From NCBI GenBank assembly GCA_964016885.1, contig OZ024744.1, positions 71,672,001 through 71,736,000 of the forward strand: 64,000 bases of DNA, written 5' to 3'. The number at the start of each line of letters is the position of its first letter. The stretch's first letter is position 1. Shown one piece after another: positions 58,513 through 64,000 of this stretch. The notes beneath the pieces are model-generated. The model was not told the origin of the DNA. It saw only the letters and a program-made list of their open reading frames with translations, and ran no database searches. The translations under genes and the position numbers were made by a program. The DNA is from Eledone cirrhosa. Lineage: Eukaryota.

Positions 58513-59114
58513 ATGTCTATCTATCTATTTATCTATCTATTTGTTTATCTGTCTGTCTGCCTGTCTGTATGTATGAATGTTTTTATGTATGTATGTACGT
58601 ACGTATATATGTGTGTGTATGTATGTACGTATGTATGTATATATGTATGTACGTATGCATGTTCAGACACACATATACCCACATACGTATCTATAAAACG
58701 TTAGCATTTCCATTACCCAAAACTTCATTTCTGTTCTTGTTCTAATTTCCACAGTATCCCACCTACACGCACCCCTCCCCTCCTCATCGTTTAGAAATAC
58801 CAACTTTAAACACATATTCGAAATATCCATTAAATGTTTTATTCAGTTGGTTTGTTCTCTTGTTATAGGTGTACTGAAAGAGATGTACCTAGTTTATAGG
58901 TAGAAACATATTTAACAATAACGACAAATGTTACCGGAATTTACCTTTGATAAAACTATTCTACTTGTCAATTAATGAAAAAGAAGTGGCGTTCTTGTCA
59001 TCTACAACAGGAGTCCTCGAATATTTGTCGCTTATCCTCCCTTTTTATATATTTCACCACACATTGTGAAAGTGATAAAGAATTAATTATACATTTGAAA
59101 TTAATTTCAAATAA

Positions 59115-59328
59115 TGGATTTTGGTTTAGGCACGAGTCCAACAATTTTGGAGGGAAGAGGGAAAGTCGATTAAATCGACCCCTGTGTGTGACTGGTACTT
59201 AATTTTATCGACCCCGTAAGGATGAAAGGCAAAGTTAACTTCGGCGGGATTTGAACTCAGAACGTAAAGGGTCGTAACTCTACACCGCGAAGCAGGGTGT
59301 CCGACGTTCTACCAATGCTGCCAATCCA
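59115..59328 (-). mobile_element. Full-length SINE (long subfamily)
   Basis: Homologous to 1453-1637 plus the GGGAAAGTCGATTAAATCGACCCC segment. Confidence 0.9.
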
Positions 59329-60439
59329 TATATTCTATTTCATTTTACCATCTTTTGAATAACTAGTGTACCAGTTCAGTAGTAATGTCGATTCTTCTTC
59401 AATATACGCTTTTTCATTTCTCTCTCAAATTCCCTACCTTTATTTCTCTAAAAAAAAAAAGAATCTGCTGTGTACCAGACGTAGCGAAGGATGTTTAAAT
59501 GCCAAAAAACATACAGTATGATATAATGGCACCCCTACAACTTCATCAAGTGTTAAGTGCTCATGACCTAGCATTAGCGATTCCTGACTATTTGATTCCC
59601 TTTTTCTTTTTTAATCTTTCTTTCCCCGCAGCTCTAATTACATTGATTAACCCTTTTGAAACTAAATTAGGTGTGACTATGTCTGGTACTATGATACAAA
59701 AATGTTTATTTTATGTGTTTATATTTATCTTAAAACCATTATATTTGACTAGCAACTGCTATTTTGTATTCTTTGTCTCCTCCTGTCTCAACAATTCTTG
59801 TCCTTCAACGAACCTCTACCACTCTTTGGTCTTCCGGAGCTCCCCTTGAATTTCCCAGCACCCCAAGGAAGACAGTAGCTCCCACTTTAGGAATTTCTTA
59901 TTCACAACGAGTGATCTGCAAAAATTGCATTAATATATTTCTAAAATTACATCTTATTATTCTAGAATTAATATCATGTCGACCTCGAGCGCTACTGGTA
60001 ACGTGTAACCCAGTTCAATCTGTCACATGGTCGGTCCGTCGGCGACTAAACCAGCAGTCCCACCAAGTTTGGTTTGTGATGAAGGTAATCTTTCGACATG
60101 TTGCGGGATGAAAAACAAAATCTGTCAAATGCCGAAGGAACTCAGGAGAGCCAATACTGTGTAAAAACGAAACAAAAAGGGTAGACAAAGCACGTTAGTT
60201 TTGGTTGCCTGTCTGTCTAGGAGAAGGGTCACTCTGATTTCAAAACCGGGGTAGATGGGGCTCCTTAGTCACATTGGTGACAACTTTTCATGTGGTCAAT
60301 GAAGGCGGATGAGATGCAGGTCGGTAGCCAGTTTCCGAGGAATGGTCGGACGAGGATACAGGACTCACCAACGTCCCTTTTATTCCTGATGAGAAATATA
60401 GACATACAGCATTATATAGATGAGCATTGGTGCAAATGT

Positions 60440-60841
60440 TCATTGGCCTCGATCCTCAGAAATGACGTTCTAAGATCAAATTCTGCTGAGGTCACCTCTG
60501 CCTTTCACCCCTTTGGGGTTGACAAAATGCTGTACCAGAAACGTATCGGAGTAGGTATAACCGACTTTTCCCTTTCTTCAAATTGATGGCTTTGTGTTTA
60601 ATTAAGGAATCCTTATTTTACAATAAAAGGGTCATGAATTTGCAGTATCCGTAGAGCGTCGGGCATCTAGCGTCGTGGCATATAGTTGCGTCCCTTTACG
60701 TTCTGATTCCCATCGAGGCTAGCTTTATCTTTCATCCTTACGGACTCGATAAAAATAAAGCACCAGTAACACACTGGGGTCGATTTTATCGATTTTCTCC
60801 TCTCCCAAAATTGTTGGCTCTGTGCCTAAATCAGAAACCAC
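60440..60841 (+). mobile_element. Two adjacent decayed SINEs (about 60440-60612 and 60630-60841)
   Basis: CTGCCTTTCACCCCTTTGGGGTTGACAAAATG and CTTTCATCCTTACGGACTCGATAAAAATAAAGCACCAG. Probable TSD TATTTTACAATA at 60614-60625 and 60842-60853. Confidence 0.8.
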
Positions 60842-61298
60842 TATTTTACAATAGAATACACACAATCTCTAAAAGAAGTATTGTGTTATCGTTGTTAGGT
60901 CCTTATTTATAGGCTTGCATGAGACCAGGTGTAGATTACTGAATAGCTGTATAGGAACCTACAGCAAAAATACGTAACTAAAGGCAGTTATGCAGATTTT
61001 CTAAGAATCTGATGGAAATGCCTGCGATTGAATGGTCATTTATCGAGATTCGATAGTACACCACTAGAGTGACTAAAGGTGGGTAAAAGCAAGCAAAGTA
61101 GGTGTCATATTCCAAGCCATTAGAGGGTGATGATTTCTTTGTAGAGGCTTAAATGTGAAGCGATCAATCACCAAAGAATTCGAACAGCAGCTGGCACTCT
61201 TTCTGGGCACTCATTATTAATAGATAATAGAATGCAGTTTGATGTATTGCTAAACACGACATTCCTGAAGAAACAAATAGCAAGTTTAAATAAATAAC

Positions 61299-61686
61299 TG
61301 TTTCTACTTTTGGCACAAGGCCAGCAATTATGCCAGTGTATTACTGGTACTTTATTTTATCGACCCCATAAGGATGAAAAGCAAAGTCAACCTCGGCGGG
61401 ATATGAACTCAGACCATAAAGAGCCGTAACTCTTTGCTGCAAAGCATGGCGTCCGACCCTCTACCGATACTGCCAATCCGCAGCCTGTTAAAATAAATAG
61501 CTCTTTCTACATTTGGCACAAGGCCAGCAGTTATCCAAGTGTATTACTGGTACTTTATTTTATCGACCCCCGAAAGGATGAAAGGCAAAGTTAACCTCGG
61601 CGGGATTTGAACTCAGAATGGCAAGGACCGTAACTCTATGCGTCAAAGCATGGCGTCCGACCCTCTACCGATACTGCCAATCCTCC
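61299..61686 (-). mobile_element. Two tandem full-length SINEs (about 61299-61487 and 61501-61686)
   Basis: Both match 1453-1637. AAATAAATA occurs at 61288, 61491 and 61687. Confidence 0.9.
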
Positions 61687-62287
61687 AAATAAATAACATT
61701 GAAAGTTGATGTGAAGAACTAGACTCAATTAGCAGTGTTCTCTCTCTCGCTTTTTTTTTTTGCAGAATACAATTGATAACTACCACCAAAACTGTTTCCC
61801 AGCACCACTAACACCAACACATAAGAGACTACTACTACAACAACTACTACTACTACTACTACTACTAATTATAATAATAATACTGTTGCTGATGCTGATA
61901 CAACAACAACAGCAACAGCAACAACGAAGAAACATACCCCCCCCCAAAAAAAATAGGAAAAAATTACGCACAAAAAAATAGGGAAAAAGCGAAAACAAAA
62001 TAAAAAATAAAAATAGACAAAAGTCAAAACGAACGCAATATCAACAAACATATCAACAACATAAAACAAATAAATACAACAACAATAAACAATTGAAACA
62101 TCACCTCTTCCCCGCCATATTGCCCCTCCCCCATACAGCCGTCACCAAAAGGATAAAAACAAAAAAAAAACAAAAAAAAAACAAACAGATAAAAAAAAAT
62201 ATCAGAATAGAATGTATAAAAATAACAATAAAAAACATAAAAGAGACATTCATCAAGTATAAAAAAAAAAATGAATAAACAAAACAG

Positions 62288-62320
<33 letters not shown>

Positions 62321-62443
62321 ATGTGTGTGTGTGTATGTATGTATGTGTATATATATATATGTATATATATATATTCATATAAATGTGTGTATATATTTGT
62401 ATTTGTGTGTATATATATATTAATATATATACATATATATATA

Positions 62444-62488
<45 letters not shown>

Positions 62489-62595
62489 TTATATATATAC
62501 AGTTATTTGAAGCTATTAATTAACCTGGTTTTTTTATGTACCAATAACACCTAACATTTAGTACTTTTAGTAGCTTAGTTATAAAAGAGGCGAAC

Positions 62596-62636
<41 letters not shown>

Positions 62637-62765
62637 TTCTCCCTAAATACTCAAATATACACACAAACGTATACAGATCAGTCATTCACAGACACATACA
62701 CACACACGTATCCAAATATATATATATATATAATATATATATTATGGTATATATATATATATATT

Positions 62766-62810
<45 letters not shown>

Positions 62811-63559
62811 GTGTTCTACATTGATGTATAATACGATATATTTATGTATAATAAACATCCTTCAGCTTCACTATGACTTTTTAATAAGCCGTGAATATGT
62901 CCCTGCTATCGTAGCTACAAAGGGAGAGAATCCTGATGGAGCCGTATAATATGTGTGCCTTTTTATGTGTACATATGTATACATATAATAAAATTAAGAA
63001 AATAAACAAAAAGCGGACAACGAACGAAAAGAAAAAAAGCAAAATGAAAACACATTTTTTGAAGAGGAAATTTTTTTTAATAAGAAGAAAAACGAAAGAC
63101 AGAACACCAGATTCTTCAGCTGCCAAGATGGACTTTCTAGCAGTTTCAACTCCCACCAAATGTACTGCTGGTCCACCCCGGGTCAAAGCGACTGGCATAA
63201 ACCAAAGTGCTGTCCCTGGAGTGAAAGACAAGACAGAACAAAAACTTACAGCAATTAAGCAATAACAGGCATACATGGGATTTCATGTGACGACTTAGCA
63301 GAAGGTATTGTGCTTTTTATATAACGTAGACTCGTGAAGAACAGAGGTAAAGAAAGAGAAAAGAAAAAAGAAAGGAAAAAAGGCATGTAGAAGAAAGTAA
63401 GATGTATTAAAAATGTATTTCATTACGTATACATACGCACACGCATACATACACACAGGTACCTACCTACATACATACATACATACATACATACATACAT
63501 ACATACATACATACATACATAATACATACTTACATATATACATATTTATATATGGAACT

Positions 63560-63755
63560 GTTATTTTTATCTAAAAACATTTTTTCCAGTTCTACTCCGC
63601 CCGTAACTTCAATCTATCTTATTTCACATTCTTTCTTCTAATGAAGGACTAGTGTCCGAAACCTTAAGACCTTCTTCCTGCTATTTCAAGCGTTAACATA
63701 ATATATTCCTTTCATGTACTGTACCGATTGTGCTGTTATTACTGTTTACCTTTAA
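63560..63755 (+). mobile_element. Solo family G pLTR with HHR (63634-63669, G5A lesion)
   Basis: Homologous to 22575-22772. Confidence 0.85.
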
Positions 63756-63883
63756 GCGCCGAAACATCTCTGATCTGCAGTTAACAGTTGATGAAGGGTT
63801 TCTTCTCTTGTTTCGTTCATATTATCATCTTAAACTTTGTTTACAGTAACCACACAGCCTGCTTCGTTTTTGTTGTAATTATG

Positions 63884-63919
<36 letters not shown>

Positions 63920-64000
63920 TGTATGTATGTATGTATGTATGTATGTATGTATGTATGTATGTATGTATGTATAATAAGGTTTTAGATCACTATCCAGTAA

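Noticed and set aside
62881-63340. Possible host exon, or type II hammerhead (GAAAC..GTC..CTGAAGA on minus)
   Set aside because: No recognisable protein motif or clear splice pair, and stems I and II do not pair.
63757-63820. CCGAAAC and TTGATGAAGG motifs near the window end
   Set aside because: The order and pairing do not form a hammerhead.

Overview
Eukaryotic, very AT-rich and microsatellite-dense ((TA)n, (CA)n, (TAG)n, (TATG)n) intergenic or intronic DNA. The tRNA-derived SINE family and the overall repeat landscape suggest an octopod cephalopod (inference). I found no host protein-coding gene. The window is a graveyard of transposable elements: several Penelope-like elements (PLEs; RT plus GIY-YIG), four Tx1/L1-clade LINE fragments, three RTE-type LINE fragments, a deleted mariner, a non-autonomous Helitron and about 10 SINEs. 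The signal the ORF track misses is non-coding. By eye I find roughly 35 hammerhead-ribozyme (HHR) motifs, intact or decayed, in about 17 sequence-unrelated families. They lie in PLE pseudo-LTRs and in ORF-less units of 419, 516-523, 569 and possibly 631 bp. These units occur as head-to-tail, circularly permuted and fold-back insertions in (TA)n, which makes them candidate cephalopod retrozymes (circular-RNA-forming elements). Several families carry fixed non-canonical catalytic cores (U3-A8 covariation, U4A, U4C, unpaired base of stem II). Family letters A-R are my own labels. All folds were done by eye and none is experimentally tested. Element boundaries are approximate unless a TSD or TIR is given.
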